A program made the translations under genes and the position numbers. Shown one piece after another: positions 43,000 through 58,202 of a stretch of DNA of 64,000 bases. The notes beneath the pieces were generated by a model. It worked only from the letters and a program-made list of their open reading frames with translations. It ran no database searches and was not told the origin of the DNA. Source of the stretch: the human T2T-CHM13v2.0 reference genome, Homo sapiens; NCBI RefSeq assembly GCF_009914755.1, contig NC_060930.1; one strand, 5' to 3'. The first letter of the stretch is position 1. Each line of letters starts with the position of its first letter.

Positions 43000-43560
43000 C
43001 ATAACTTGAGGCCAGGTACTATGCTAGCTGTGGGCCACCATATTGATTTCTAAAGATAAGAAAATAAGTAACACCTGACATCTGTGAAAATTTAATGAAG
43101 TACCAAGCCTCTATTCCAATAGTACAGAGATATGGGCAGATGGCATGGGAAGGCATAGGAGGGCACAATAAATTATGTGGCAATTAGGAAGGGTTCCAAA
43201 AATGTTTCACAGAGGTGTTCCTTGCTGGGTCTCGAGAGTGAGGGGGACTCTCTAGGAAGATAAGTAGAAGGATATTCTAGGGAGAGAGACCAGCATCAGC
43301 GAAGGCACAGAGACATGAAAATGCACTGTAGGTTTTGAAAACGGGAAGTTACGCCAGCCCAAAGTGAGTCTGCATTGTGTGAAAAGAAGAAAGCAAAAAA
43401 GAGCCTATCAATACCCCTAGGTTAAAAGACAGGCAGGTGCAGATTTTGAAGGGCTTTGTACTCTGTTCTAAAGCAACTGGACTCCGACAAAAGTCAGTGA
43501 AGGGTATTAAAGCAAGTGAACTTGGAGTTCTATATTTCATGGCAATAGGTGTTGTCAAAC
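43000..43560 (-). mobile_element. L2 fragment
   Basis: TATTCTAGGGAGAGAGACCAGCAT...AAGGCACAGAGACATGAAA...CAGATTTTGAAGGGCTTTG. Confidence 0.6.
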
Positions 43561-43966
43561 ACCCCACAGAGTAAGGAGAAGTGGCTGGATTCAGAGAAGG
43601 CAAGTCCTATATATTCTTTTGCTAACCTAGTTCCACATTTACAGTATTAAATAAATATTCAAGCTCAATCATTCTTATTTTATCTCTTCTGCCTTCTGTT
43701 TTCAGGGAAGATGGCACATGGCTAGCACTTACCTTGTATATCGAAGTTCTATTTTGTCAGCTCTCAACTTTCCCTTTTCTGACTCGAATAACACAGACTC
43801 CTCATTCCTCATAAGGTTGATTCTCAAGCCTTTGATCTGCCTTTGTAGGATTTCACCAAACTTCTGTCAAGTTCTCTTCCTCCTCTAGTCTTCTTAGATA
43901 AAATTATTTATTTTTGACTAGGCAATATATTTATATAATTCAACCATAAAATATCCTTTCTACCAA

Positions 43967-44427
<461 letters not shown>

Positions 44428-44501
44428 GGCATCTTATGAGCTTTTTGTATATTTTACATTCATGTTGAATAATTTTTTTTGGGGGGGTGGGGAGAGACAG
44501 T

Positions 44502-44586
44502 CTTAAAAAGCTGTGGACATCTCCAGCTAATGATATGCATGCTCAAGTATTTTGGGGGATGTGTACTGATATCTGTAACTTACTTT
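44502..44586 (+). repeat. Segment B: 85 bp repeated in inverted orientation at 45906-45990
   Basis: About 4 mismatches in 85 bp against the reverse complement of 45906-45990. Confidence 0.95.
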
Positions 44587-44765
44587 GAAGTACATAAAAA
44601 TAAGATGGGTTGATAGGTGAATAGAGGGTTGAATCAATGGATAGATATATGAGAAAGCAAGTATACTGAAATGTTAATGGCAGAACCTAGGTGATAGTCA
44701 CTCAAAAATTCTTCCAACTTTGCTGTATGCTTAAAGCTTTTCATTATAAAGTACTGAGGAAAATT
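44530..44765 (+). mobile_element. L1MC/ME-like 3' end
   Basis: AAGTATTT-GGGG-ATGTGTACTGAT-TCTG-AACTTACTTTGAA...TTTTCATTATAAA. Confidence 0.65.
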
Positions 44766-45459
44766 GTAGAAGTGAAAGCAATTGCTATGTAGTTGTTGAT
44801 TTCATGGCATTTACAATACTCCCAGATTAAGGGCTTAGTATATTTAATTCCAGAAGGTAAAAATGGAGGAGTCAGTCACAACAGCTGGATGATTTCTCTC
44901 TACCCTGTCTTTTTCTCAAAGCTGCCTGATTGACTTGCTTAGTTAAAAGGCTGGGTTATTCTAACTTGAATGTCCAATATAAAGTGCTCCTGGCCAGGAC
45001 CCCTTTCAGGATGATGGGAACAGTATCAAAGGGAGCCACTCTCAGTGGAAATGCTGTTAAGACCATTCTCCTATTACTATTTTGAAATCCAAAAAACTAC
45101 CTTCCAAGCAATCTTCTTGTGAAATTCCCCAGGGAGTTGTCCAAGTTTGAGTCATATACAAAACCTCCAAAGTGGGTATCCAGCACTGGATCCCCTACTT
45201 GGGCATCCAATACTTGAGTTGCATAAACTCCAACACACTAAATTTTGGTCTCTTATCATACATAGTAAGTCTGGATGCTAGAAGTCAACTTCAAATAGGA
45301 GATTTCTGGAGACTGTTCAAGTGTAGCAACTCAAATGGATTGTTTCAATAAGGTCAAGTGGCACTGTCCTGATGGGTCTCTTATTAGCCACTTGCTCCAT
45401 TTTGGCTTCTTGTGTAACACCATCTTGAGTTCATCTACTCTGAAGTAGCATAGACTGCT

Positions 45460-45754
45460 TATCCAATAGGACTAACATCTTATAAGAATAAAGAACAGAG
45501 ACACAGACACACAGCGAAGAACACCATGTAACAAGGGAGGTAGATACTAGAGTGATGCATCTACAAGCCAGGGGATGCCAAGGGTTGCTGGCAACCACTG
45601 AACGTTTGGAGACAGGCATGGAACAGACTCTCCCTCAGAGAGACAATTTAATTTTGTACTTCTAGCTTCTAGAAATGTGAGAGAATACATTTCTGTTGTT
45701 TTAAGCCACCAAGTTTGCCGGACTTTGTTATGGCAGCCCTAGGAAACCAATGCA
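45460..45754 (+). mobile_element. MLT1C-like LTR, 3' part
   Basis: GAGTGATGCATCTACAAGCCA-GGGATGCCAAGG...TTTGTTATGGCAGCCCTAGGAAAC-AAT-CA. Confidence 0.85.
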
Positions 45755-45905
45755 CTGATCACAATTATGAAGCCTCATAGATAGGACTTCAAAAGTCAAA
45801 ATGATCATAAGTAATCTCTTTCTCTTCTCTGTATCAGCACCACTCATTTCTTCATGCTCTTAGAGCCATACCATGCCATCAATCATGCTTTCAACTTCAG
45901 TTAGA

Positions 45906-45990
45906 AAAGTAAATTACAGACATCAGTACACATCCCCCAAAATACTTGAGCATGCGTATCATTAACTGGAGATGTCCACAGCTTTTTAAG
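45906..45990 (-). repeat. Inverted copy of segment B
   Basis: Reverse complement of 44502-44586. Confidence 0.95.
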
Positions 45991-46501
45991 CTGTTGAGTA
46001 GATCACATAAACTATGAGATATCTGTAGAGGAATACCTGGCACATCCATGAGGATACTTCCTTTCATGGTAGGTGTCGAGGTAACATATTCCTTTCCCAA
46101 GCATTTCAGTGAATAACTAAAATATGAGCTAAGTATGGTTATAAAGTTTATGTTAAGATTTGTTTAAAAAAGGATATCAAGAATTCATGGATCCATCTTA
46201 TCCATAAATATCACTGCATCTTTCCCTGAGCATGTATGCAGGAACTTGGGTTGGTATGACCTCAGAATTCAGGCCTCACAGATCCCCAGCTATCCTATAA
46301 CCACACTGAATGTGCTGATATAAGTTCTCTCCAAAGGCCACAATCCTTACACCCCTACAAGGACATCTTTCACATTGCTTTCATATATTACAATCCTCTT
46401 TCATATACAGGTTCTCAGTAATAAAAATCCCATAAAGCATAAGCTTATTTTTTATTAATATTTGTCAAACCCTATCTTTCCATTAACAAGGAAACCTTCT
46501 T

Positions 46502-46820
46502 GGCCAGGTGCGGTTGTTCACGCCTATAATCCCAGCACTTTGGGAGGCCAAGGCAAAAGGATAACTTGAGTTCAGGAGTTCAAGACCAGCCTGAGCAACA
46601 TAGAGAGACTTTGTCTCTACCAAAAATTTTTTAAAAGTTAGCTAAGTGTGGTGTCACATGCCTATAGTACCAGCTACTCAGGAGGCTGAGGTGGGAAGAT
46701 CGCTTGAGCCCAGGAGGGAGGCTGTGGTGAGCCGAGATCACACCACTGCACTCCAAACCTGGGCAATGGAGCAAGAGCCTGTCTCAAAAAAAAAAAAAAA
46801 AAAAAGAAAAAAAGAAAGAA
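46502..46820 (+). mobile_element. AluJ, full length
   Basis: CTTGAG-TCAGGAG, AACATAG-GAGAC and CTTGAGCCCAGGAG J diagnostics; decayed TSD ending CCTTCTT. Confidence 0.9.
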
Positions 46821-47146
46821 AAAGAAGCCTTCTTGTCCCATCTATTTTCATGTACTGCTGTGTGTTGCAGGGATTGCCTGCATAATAAAGCTCTGTTCTG
46901 ACAGAAAAATATATAAGTGAAACATGAAATTTCATTGATTAAATGAAGAGAAATAACAAGGAGAGGAAGCTATTCATGGACTTAAAAAATTAATAAGTAT
47001 TTGCCACTCAAAATGAAGGCCAGAAAGCAAAAATGCAAGAACTCATGGACAAGATGGCAAAGCAACAGAAAGAGATAAAAACTGGTGAGCTGGTGAAACC
47101 AGCAGAGTATTAGAAGAAAAAAAAATCATAAAAATAAGGCATAATT

Positions 47147-47452
<306 letters not shown>

Positions 47453-47799
47453 AAGGAATAATTGGAAGGAGCATAAATGACTATGATACAGAAATAAATG
47501 ATACAGACTAGACACTGTAATCAAAAGATTACAGTGAAATATTACAATGAAAAGAAATTTATTTCTGTTAAAAGTTGAAAAGAATTCTGGAGAAATAATA
47601 AAGAAATTAGGCAAAGGAAATTCAACACCTTCCAAAATCTTGCAGGCATACCTTTTACTCATACAATGTAAATTGCATCCAGAGGGAAGAAAGGAAGTCT
47701 ACTAAATCGTAATTTCCAGCTTCCAACTTTCATGATGTAAAAGAGGACTTAATTAGGGAGAGGGGGATGAATGCCGGTTTCAAAAACAAAAAAGTGTTA

Positions 47800-48488
<689 letters not shown>

Positions 48489-49511
48489 ACTCATATTTTC
48501 CAAGTCTTAGAGAGAGAACACAAATACACAAAACTTTGATATCATGTTCTCTTCAGAAACAAAAAAAGAAATTGGTTTTTTAATCATTTATAACCGTGGG
48601 CAGAATTTCCTTCAATCTGTTGTGATTTTTGTGGCAAAGTTTTTAAAATTTGACCCGGCAAAAGATTGAAGGTAAGAATAAAAGACAAAACAAAATGAAA
48701 CAAACAAAAAAAACACTTCTATTGTTATTTCCTTTTCCTTTGTTCATTTGGAGAGCCACAGAGCTGGGAACTTGTATTTCTGGGCATCAGGAAATAAGGC
48801 AGTGAACTTTGAATTTTCGCAGACTTCAGAGTCACTTGCTATTTATCAGATTAAATACAACTGCCTTAGAAGGAAATAATTTATATTACCTGGGCATGGC
48901 AAGTTGTGTGGCTTAGAACAAGCCAGGTTATCCTCAGCAATGATAGGAGTCAAAAATTACACAACGAAGAGCTTTACAAAAAAGTTTTTTCAAGTTTTTA
49001 TCATTTCTATAATGTGTTCCCTTGTGAATCCCTAATCCCTAATATCCTTGTAGCTCTTTTTGAAAGACATACTAGTACTTTGAATAACAGCATCAAAAAT
49101 CATTATTGAAATTTTTTTTCTTTTTTTTCTTTTGTTCTAGGGGCCTCACATTCAGATCTAAAGAGACATATGGAGCTCTGGGGATAGTGCACTGGCTGCT
49201 TAGGAATAGGCAGGTTAGCAAAAACAAATATGAGCTCAGAAATGCACTTTTCTGCTAGGATATAAAAGTATCATGTTACAGATAAAGTGTAATCTAATGG
49301 AACTATCACACTGGGTGATGCTGGGAGAGCCGTGGACATTCTTTAGTTGGAGTCTAAGTAAACTATCTGGTCTTCCAAATCCCAAGACCTAAATTAGTCA
49401 AAGCCTATGTCATCAATTGCACGATTTTAGATTTTTCCTTCCCAATCCTTATCTGTGTGTCCACCGGGATTGGAAAGGAAATATTTATTGAGTGTTGAAT
49501 TAAAGTCCTTA

Positions 49512-49751
<240 letters not shown>

Positions 49752-49761
49752 AAATATATAT

Positions 49762-49907
49762 ATTTAGAACTGTGGTCAGAATTTGCTTCAATTTGTTATG
49801 ATTTTTCTGATAAAGTCTTTAAAATTTGACTTGGCAAAAGGATGAAAGTAAGAATAAAAAACAAAATGAACAAAAAAACCCTTCTATTGTTATTTTCTTT
49901 TCCTTTG
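49762..49907 (+). repeat. ~150-bp diverged direct copy of 48586-48742
   Basis: Colinear match from ATTTA-AAC-GTGG-CAGAATTT to CTTCTATTGTTATTT-CTTTTCCTTTG, roughly 85% identical. Confidence 0.9.
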
Positions 49908-49960
49908 GAAATATTCTTTAGATCTTACTTCTTAAATGGGAATGACAAAAAATAATTTCT

Positions 49961-50273
49961 TTTTCTTTTCTTTTTTGTTTTTGAGAGGAGTTTCACTCTT
50001 GTTGCAGTGAAACTGCAGGCTGGAGTGCAGTGGTGCCATCTTAGCTCACCGCAACTTCCGCCTCCCGGGTTCAAGTGATTCTCCTGCCTCAGCCTCCTGA
50101 GTAGCTGGGATTACAGGCTCCTGCCACCATGTCCGGCTAATTTTTGTGTTTTTAGTAGAGATGAGGTTTCATCTTGTTAGCCAGGCTGGTCTCAACCTCC
50201 TGACCTCAGGTGATCCACCCACCTAGGCCTCCTAAAGTGCTGAGATTACAGGCGTGAGCCACCATGCCCAGCT
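49961..50273 (-). mobile_element. AluS (Sq/Sx-like), full length
   Basis: Reverse Alu; TSD GACA(A/T)AAA(T/C)AATTTCT. Confidence 0.92.
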
Positions 50274-52230
50274 GACATAAAACAATTTCTGAGCCCACAA
50301 ATGCTTTTTCTTTCAAGACCTTTTTGTCTCTTAACACATCCCATTTACCAACACATTTTACCTATGTGTAATTCTAAATCCCCATACTGATCATAAAACA
50401 CTGATAATTTAATCAGATTTTGTTATGAACAACTGATTTTTCTAGGGGCAGAAAAACTTGGCCTATTTAGAAAGTAAATTGGCCAGCTCTATCAACATGA
50501 AGCCTGGGGCTTTCTTCACATACTTCATTGCCCTTTACTACTGGGTTTGACCAGCCTTACTTTGCTTTCCTGAAGGCAGCATCTCAGAATGTTGTCTTGG
50601 CACATAACTCGGGCTGCTGCTTTGTGATGACCCCAGAACACTGTTCAGATCTCCCTTCCTACCTCCCTTTCTAATCTCCTGCTATTACCCCAGAGTAGCA
50701 AACCTAATGGCTGACACTGCCCTAGGACTTGTTTAATTGAATCCTGAAAGTGAAGTGTGCCAGGGCCACTGAACACAGAGGCCCCTATAGCTTTTCCTTA
50801 AACAGACTTTTTCCTTAAACAGGCCTCTGCAGTCATCCATCTGTAGCAGCGCCAAGAACTTCCTTTCACACTATTTGGGACACCAAGATCCTCCATGGGG
50901 ATAGACCCTTTGGATAAGAGTGCCCTAGCACACTGGTTGGCACATTCTTCATTTGTTGTACATACTGGATATATTTCAGTTAGTATTATTAAATGGATTA
51001 AGTCTTATAAAAAATATTGGGGCTCTGCTTGGAGAATATGAAAAGGAAATGATAACCATAAGCAATACTCAGGGCTGTAGCATTGACCCTTTGGGTTGGA
51101 GCTCAGGTGTTCTTCTGAGAGGCAATAACAGAGCTTACAGTCAACAGAAAGATGTTTGATGAAATGGTCACTCTCCAAAACACTTGCCCCTTGCTGCTGA
51201 ATGAAGGTAAGTGCAGAGAGCAGAGCCCTGGTAAAGAAGGTGTGAGCATCTCTTCAGGGGTCTGCTTGCCTAGCTGGCTCATTCTGATCAGGAAGTTCCC
51301 ACATTCTCCAGATGTGTACCTAGAAATTTATGAAGATGACAGAAAGAAATGATAGTCCCTTCTTCCTAAGAAGAATGTATAGGTCCTTTAGAAATACAGA
51401 CTTCAAAGATTGCAAGCTGCGTCCTGGTACTAATTGCCACTTTGTCTTCACTAAATGGATAATGATAACTTTACAAAGGAAGTTGTCTTGGTTACAGAGC
51501 AGCCTGGATTCACATATGTGTCTCTGTGGCTCTTGTCCTCACAATCTGTACTGAATTAATCTCTGCCTTTTGCTCAAGGCTTTTATCACTGAGACACTGT
51601 CCTTTTTTAAAAAAAATCTTCTCCAATTATAGAGTTTATGTACTAAATTTTTGTCAGTTGATTTTCAAGGGAGGGTTTGTTCCCCTCCAGGGTGCTATGG
51701 ATGTGGCCAACTTTGTCTCTTTAGGATTTTTGGAGGAAAGAATTCTTCCCCAGTGAGAATCCCCCAGTGCACCCCACCATGACATACCACCTATGTAACT
51801 GCTGAATCTCTCTGCCACCCAGCAATAGCAATGCTGATTGAATTACAATTCAATTACTTAGTGGCCAATATATGTGTATTACAAAAGTTCTAAAAGGAAG
51901 AATTGGCGGACTGTATAAGGAGCTCCTGAGAATATAACTGCTGCATCAGGGAATCTTAGCATTTCACAAAGTCAAATCTAGAAATATAATTTATAATTTT
52001 AAATAACTTATAGTTGCACTTGTAATTACTTTTTTATTGGTAGCCTTTTGCAAAGCTTGTATGCTCTATGAAGCAAGGGCTGAGTTTATCTTATTTACTG
52101 ATATGTCCCCAGAACTTAGTACAGAACCAGAACCGTAAAGACACTTAGTCTAGCACTGGTGCTCACTAAAACAGGGATGAATCACTCACTATTCTTTGAT
52201 CTGTCTGAGATATTCTTTATTAACATTAAT

Positions 52231-52277
52231 GTCTGATTTTTATTATATTTTCTAGTCTGATTTTTATTATATTTTCA
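52231..52277. repeat. 24-bp tandem duplication
   Basis: GTCTGATTTTTATTATATTTTC(T)A twice. Confidence 0.9.
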
Positions 52278-52593
52278 GTCACCTAGAAGATATTCTCCAA
52301 GCCAAGTACACACTTGGCACATGGAAGGAGTCTATGGAGTGAATGAATTAATGATCTTGAGAGGGTTATTTGGCAACCAATGGGCAACAATAATTTGGGA
52401 GCCTGGGAATATAACAGGGAATGGAGAAACAGGTGGAACCCTCCATTCAGACCCAATTGATGACAGCAAAACTGGGACAGGAAGGAACTTTCCAGGTTTT
52501 AGCAAGATGGTTGAATCAAAGCAGCAGGTGCCTACTTTGTCCACCATCTTGAATTAAATACTTAAAAATTTTGTGATTAAAATATTTAATAAG

Positions 52594-52845
52594 ACAGCAT
52601 AACAAAGTGGATAAGAGCCTAGATTCTGGAGCAGACTCTAGGTTTTAATCAGGCAGGCTAGGTGACCTGGAGCAAGTTATTTGAGCTCTCTAAGCCTCAG
52701 TTTTCTCATCAGCAAAATGGAAATAAAGATATTAATAGTACCTACCTAATCACATGGTTGTTATGGGGATGAAATGAGTTAATCTTTACAAGATACTCAT
52801 ACCATGCATGGCAAATAATAAATGTCATATAAATGTATGTTAAAT
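52594..52845 (+). mobile_element. MIR, near full length
   Basis: ACAGCAT...AAGAGC-TAGA-TCTGGAG...CTCTAAGCCTCAGTTTTCTCATC-G-AAAATGG. Confidence 0.85.
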
Positions 52846-54780
52846 ATAAACAAATAATTATCTTTTGTGGAAGGAAGATAAGAATGTTACTGTGTGTATT
52901 AGTATCTCTTATCCTGTAGCAAATATTCTGTATTTTATCTCTTTAGAATATGCAGAAATCCACGATCTCTACCTGAGATTTAAGGAAGCATGAGTTATTG
53001 ATTTAAACCTTGCATCTGGTATAGAATTAAACATCTCCTGCCTGATGAGACAACTGAAAGGTAGCCCACAGTTGATTGCTCTTTGATGACTTGTTTTTAT
53101 TCTGCTTCCAAAATCTGATAGAACATCCATTAGAGTTTGGCAGAAACTCTGTTCTCTAATCAGCACTATGAGTTGAGTTTGCCTCAGAAACTGGAAGGAA
53201 GAACTGATTTTCAAACAATTTAATTGTCATCTAATGACATTCATGGCTTGATTTGTCTGATTGATGAGTTAAATTACTTCACCTGGTCCTGCGAGGGAAC
53301 TGACAGTGCATTCAGTTTCTCATCCCCACTCTACAAATAACTATTTCTGGTGACTACAGCAACCACATGCACTTTCATCTTCTGAATTTAATCAGGCAAC
53401 ATGCTGTTTACTGATTCATTTGAGTTGTACAGCAGAATACTAAAAGAGGACAAAATAAAGCTGATTCTTCCTCCATCATGAGGAAGTGTCTTGTGAACTT
53501 TGTTTTTTCTGATCAAGCAGGGATCTTACCAAGGTTGAGCCCAAAGGCAATTAAAATAAAATAAGAGGAAATAGGTAGAAAATCAAAATGATAAGTCTGA
53601 GGACAAAGGTAGACTTTATAGACCAAGCAGTGAGATTGTTAAGAGGCAGAGCTGGATATAGGATGGAAGAATGTGTGTATGCCCAGAAGCCCACTGATCC
53701 ACATCCTATCTGGAAAAAATCAGCATTCCTGCTTTGTGTAGTTGCCTTGCCTGATTAACTACTTTTACATTCCATCTATCTGGCAAGATTTGACAATGTG
53801 TGGTATAGCCATTCCTGCTCTAAAGACATAGGCTTAGCTATACTCTTAGAGGAAATTCAAAGATCAATTTTTAGTGAAACCGCTTTATTTTGAATTTGAG
53901 AGAAATCTGTCCAATTAGAATGATGTCACCATTTGAGGTTCTGAATTCTATCCCTTTATCCTTATTAAGTATCCCTTAATACTAATCTAGACTAATTTTT
54001 CTTTGAGGACCAAGTCCCAGGTCCTTACATATGGCAGGCAGATCTCAAAGGAGATTTAAAAGGGGCACCTGTCTTCAAGAAGGCAGGAAGTTTGCCTCCC
54101 AGCATGGTGCCTGCTGCTTGACTTGAACACACCTCTCCCTTTTCCTTCACCAGACTTCTGACTGGTCACCAGGTGAGAATGTCAAATCTGACTCACATGA
54201 ATCAGAAGTCTTCCCTAGTGACAAGCTGTACTACTAATTTCCAGGAGACAAGGAATCAAGAAGTATAGGCTGAGCAGGGACCAGAGTGGGACTTTCAGTG
54301 CAGGTGTCCAGGCCCTTTCTTGAAGTTTTGGTTCCACTCTGGCTCAGGAGAACACATGAGGTATCAAAGGGATGTATGCAGGTCAAATTACTTATACAAA
54401 GGAGAGCCATTTCAGTCTTGAAACCTCTCCATTTTATACTCAGCTAGTTATATAGCTTACTTAACTGTGACAAGGAGCCATGCCCCAGAGATTTACAGAC
54501 GCCAGATTTGTTTTCCAGAAGCAATCCTAGGCGATCTGGTACACATGACTAAATCTCTCCTTACAGGATTCTTCCCCTATCAATTTCATCACTTTACTTT
54601 GCAGGAGAACCATCATTACAAGGAGATTAGAGAAGGTCACTGATTTTTTTTTTTCCCTCAGGCGGGCACGGGGATTCTCTGCCTTCTTAAAGGTGAGCGT
54701 GTGCTGTAGACCTGCTGCTTAATCGTGTCCTTCCCGGAGATAAAGCAGTTGCTCACCTGAAAAGCCTTGGAAGGCAAGGC

Positions 54781-54980
54781 GGTGGGGAGGGTGGCGAGGA
54801 GGTGGGGAGGGTGGCGAGGAGGTGGGGAGGGTGGCGAGGAGGTGAGGAGGGGGCGAGGCGGTGGGGAGGGGGGCGAGGCGGTGGGGAGGGGGGCGAGGCG
54901 GTGGGGAGGCGGGGCGAGGCGGTGGGGAGGCGGGGCGAGGCGGTGGGTTCGGGGGCGAGGCGGTGGGGTTGGGGGGCGGA
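54781..54980. repeat. G-rich minisatellite, ~10 units of 19-21 bp (GGTGGGGAGGGTGGCGAGGA / GGTGGGGAGGGGGGCGAGGC)
   Basis: Units read directly; variant units are arranged in ordered blocks. Confidence 0.97.
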
Positions 54981-55450
54981 GCACTGCTCTAGGGAATGAA
55001 TCCGTGTTTAAAGCAAATATTGCAGAGACCATTCTCATCAAAAGAAAGCAGAGCCATCTTTTAAGATCTACTAAAACCGCAGATAGTGAACAACTTCTTT
55101 TCTAAGTTGGGAATGCTTCTGCCCAGAGATTTATTGTCCTCATTATGTTTTGCTTGGATTTCTTAAAAAAAAATAAAAATAAAAAAAAAATAAAAAAGGA
55201 GCTCGAGTTACCCAAGCAGCCACCGTTTCTTGTGAAAAGGAAGCAACCCAGCTCCAGAAAATGCTCTCAGGCACAGAGAAAAACAAACCTGGCAAAACAT
55301 GAACCACAGACAGCAGCTGCAGCGTCTCTTGGGAGATATTTTAGTTTCATGGAAAGCCTAATTGAGGCCTAACTCATTCACATCCCGAGATGATGTCCAT
55401 TTGAGGTGGGCCATTCTTGATACCACTTAAAAAAAAATATATATATATAT

Positions 55451-55895
<445 letters not shown>

Positions 55896-56049
55896 TCACA
55901 AAAAAAGAGCATAAACAGATTCATTGACTTACCCAGAGTACCAAAATTATTTACTTTTGGACTCAAACTCAGAAGTCCAGATTTGAACATTTTTTCACAA
56001 CAAGGTGGAAACTGTGGCCATGCGATTGTTGCTCATATCATGCATAACC

Positions 56050-56270
56050 AAGAATAACAGCTGCTGCCCCATGGTATTTACTCCATGACAGACACCATCC
56101 CAAGCTCTCCACGTATGTGATTTCATTTCATCACTGCAAAAAACCTGGAGGCCATGTTTATCCCTATTTTACAGATAAAAAAACCAAGGCACAGAACAAG
56201 TTAGTGGCAGAACAGAGATTCCAATGAAGACCTCTTTGACTCTGATCCTGTGTTCTCACTGCCTCTTGTA
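56050..56270 (-). mobile_element. MIR
   Basis: CCCTATTTTACAGATAAAAAAACCAAGGCACAGA core. Confidence 0.7.
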
Positions 56271-56569
56271 CTGCCTCTCCGTAAGTACATTGATCCTGCC
56301 AAACAGCTTCATTCCATTAATCGGTTTTTTAAATTTATTTTTCAGAAGTGGACAATGGTGAGCAATTGTTTTTCCAGAGCACAGACACCCATGAGTTTAG
56401 ACCTATCTTCAGTAATTAGCTTTTCCAAATATTCCCATCTACCTAGGTAGACATGTGTTTTAAATCATTTTCACCTGATGCTCTTTCTCTTCCACTGAAT
56501 ATCCTTCCTTCATGAATTACATACATTAATGTATCATATATATTTGTAAATACATTTATGTTATATATG

Positions 56570-56921
56570 TGCTATGGTCTGAATGTTTATGTCCTCCCAA
56601 AATTCATATGTTGAAATCCTAACCCCTTCAGTGATGGTGTTAAGAGGTGAAGCCTTTTGGGGGTGAATAGGTTCTAAAGGTAGAGCCCTCATGAATGAAA
56701 TTAATGAGCCCAAGGGAGTTCATTCATCCCTTCCACCATGTGAGGACACAGCGAGAAGCTGCCATCCTACGAACCAGGAAGCAGGCCCTCATCAGACACT
56801 GATTCTCCCAGTGCCTTGATCTTGGACTTCCCAGCCTATAGAACCATGAGAAACAGATTTTTATTGTTTATAAGCCATCCAGTTTACCGTATTTTGTTAG
56901 AGCCGCAAATGGACTAAAACA
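56570..56921 (+). mobile_element. MLT1A-like solo LTR
   Basis: TGCTATGGTCTGAATGTTT...GGACTAAAACA; perfect TSD ATATG. Confidence 0.9.
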
Positions 56922-57319
56922 ATATGTTATGTATGTATATTTATAGATATATCCCGTCTTCTACTTTAGGTTTAACATGGCTTTGTTCTCAATTAATGAG
57001 AACATGAGGAGTGAGTATTAACTTTTCCCTTAAAATAGAGGGCAATCTGCTAGAAACCTTCCATGGAAAGATATGTTTATCTTTCTCAATTTCCAAGTGC
57101 AGAGGACATCTGTGATGTCACACGATTACTTCACTTCTGGGTAAATACAATCCAGTGATTATAATGGAGAACTTGGTAAAATACTGGAAAACTAAAGGCC
57201 AGAATTTAATTAAGCAAAACATACTGAAGTGCACTAAAATAATCATGCAACTCTCAAAATAAGCAATGCTTTAAAATGAAGATTAAACATTTCCCTAAGG
57301 CATCAGTCCTACATGTTTT

Positions 57320-57639
57320 TATTATTTTTATTTTAAAGATGAGGTGTCACTCTGTCACCCAGGCTGAAGTGTGGTGGCACAATCATGGCTCACTGCAGCC
57401 TTGAATTCCTGGGCTCAAACAATCCTCCCACCTCAGCCTCCTAAGTAGCTGGGACTAGAGGTCTGTGCCCCCAGGGTCGGCTAATTAAAAAAAAATTTTT
57501 TTTTTTTTTTTTTTTTTTTGGTAGAGACAGGGTCTTGTTGTGTTATCCAGGCTGGGCTCAAACTCCTGGCCTCAAGCTATCCTCCCACCTCAGCCTCTCA
57601 AAGTTCTGGGATTGTAGGTATGAGTCACCCTGCCCTGCC
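57320..57639 (-). mobile_element. AluJ
   Basis: ATCATGGCTCACTGCAGCCTTGAA-TCCTGGGCTCAA; decayed TSD AGTCCT(A/G)CA. Confidence 0.9.
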
Positions 57640-57893
57640 AGTCCTGCACATTTTACCAAACATTTCTGTTATCAATACACAGATCCATACTTTACCCTTC
57701 CAGTTTCATGAACATTGTATGAAACACCAGAACTTCCCATTTCTAAGGTACTGTAACTTCATAAGAACAACATACTTTAAAAACACAATATAAGAATAGT
57801 GTTTGTGTTTTGTGAGTTGTGGTTATCCATTAACAAACACTGATAAAGCACGTGTTATGTGCCAGACATGGGGTTTTCAAAAATGAGTAAGAG

Positions 57894-58202
<309 letters not shown>

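Noticed and set aside
44880-46420. Possible ancient ERVL/MaLR internal sequence around the MLT1C
   Set aside because: Composition is suggestive, but I could not identify a diagnostic motif, so it is not called.
51205-51213. Consensus splice donor AAG/GTAAGT
   Set aside because: An isolated donor is expected by chance; no convincing acceptor or reading frame. A lncRNA exon cannot be excluded without RNA data.
52231-52277. 24-bp tandem duplication (and a ~16-bp one at 50791-50822) as special structures
   Set aside because: Ordinary slippage-type micro-duplications.
54781-54980. CRISPR-like array
   Set aside because: Head-to-tail units without unique spacers, in primate DNA.
54658-55105. Pro-rich and Gly/Arg-rich ORFs
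   Set aside because: They are translations of the stop-free minisatellite; no independent coding evidence.
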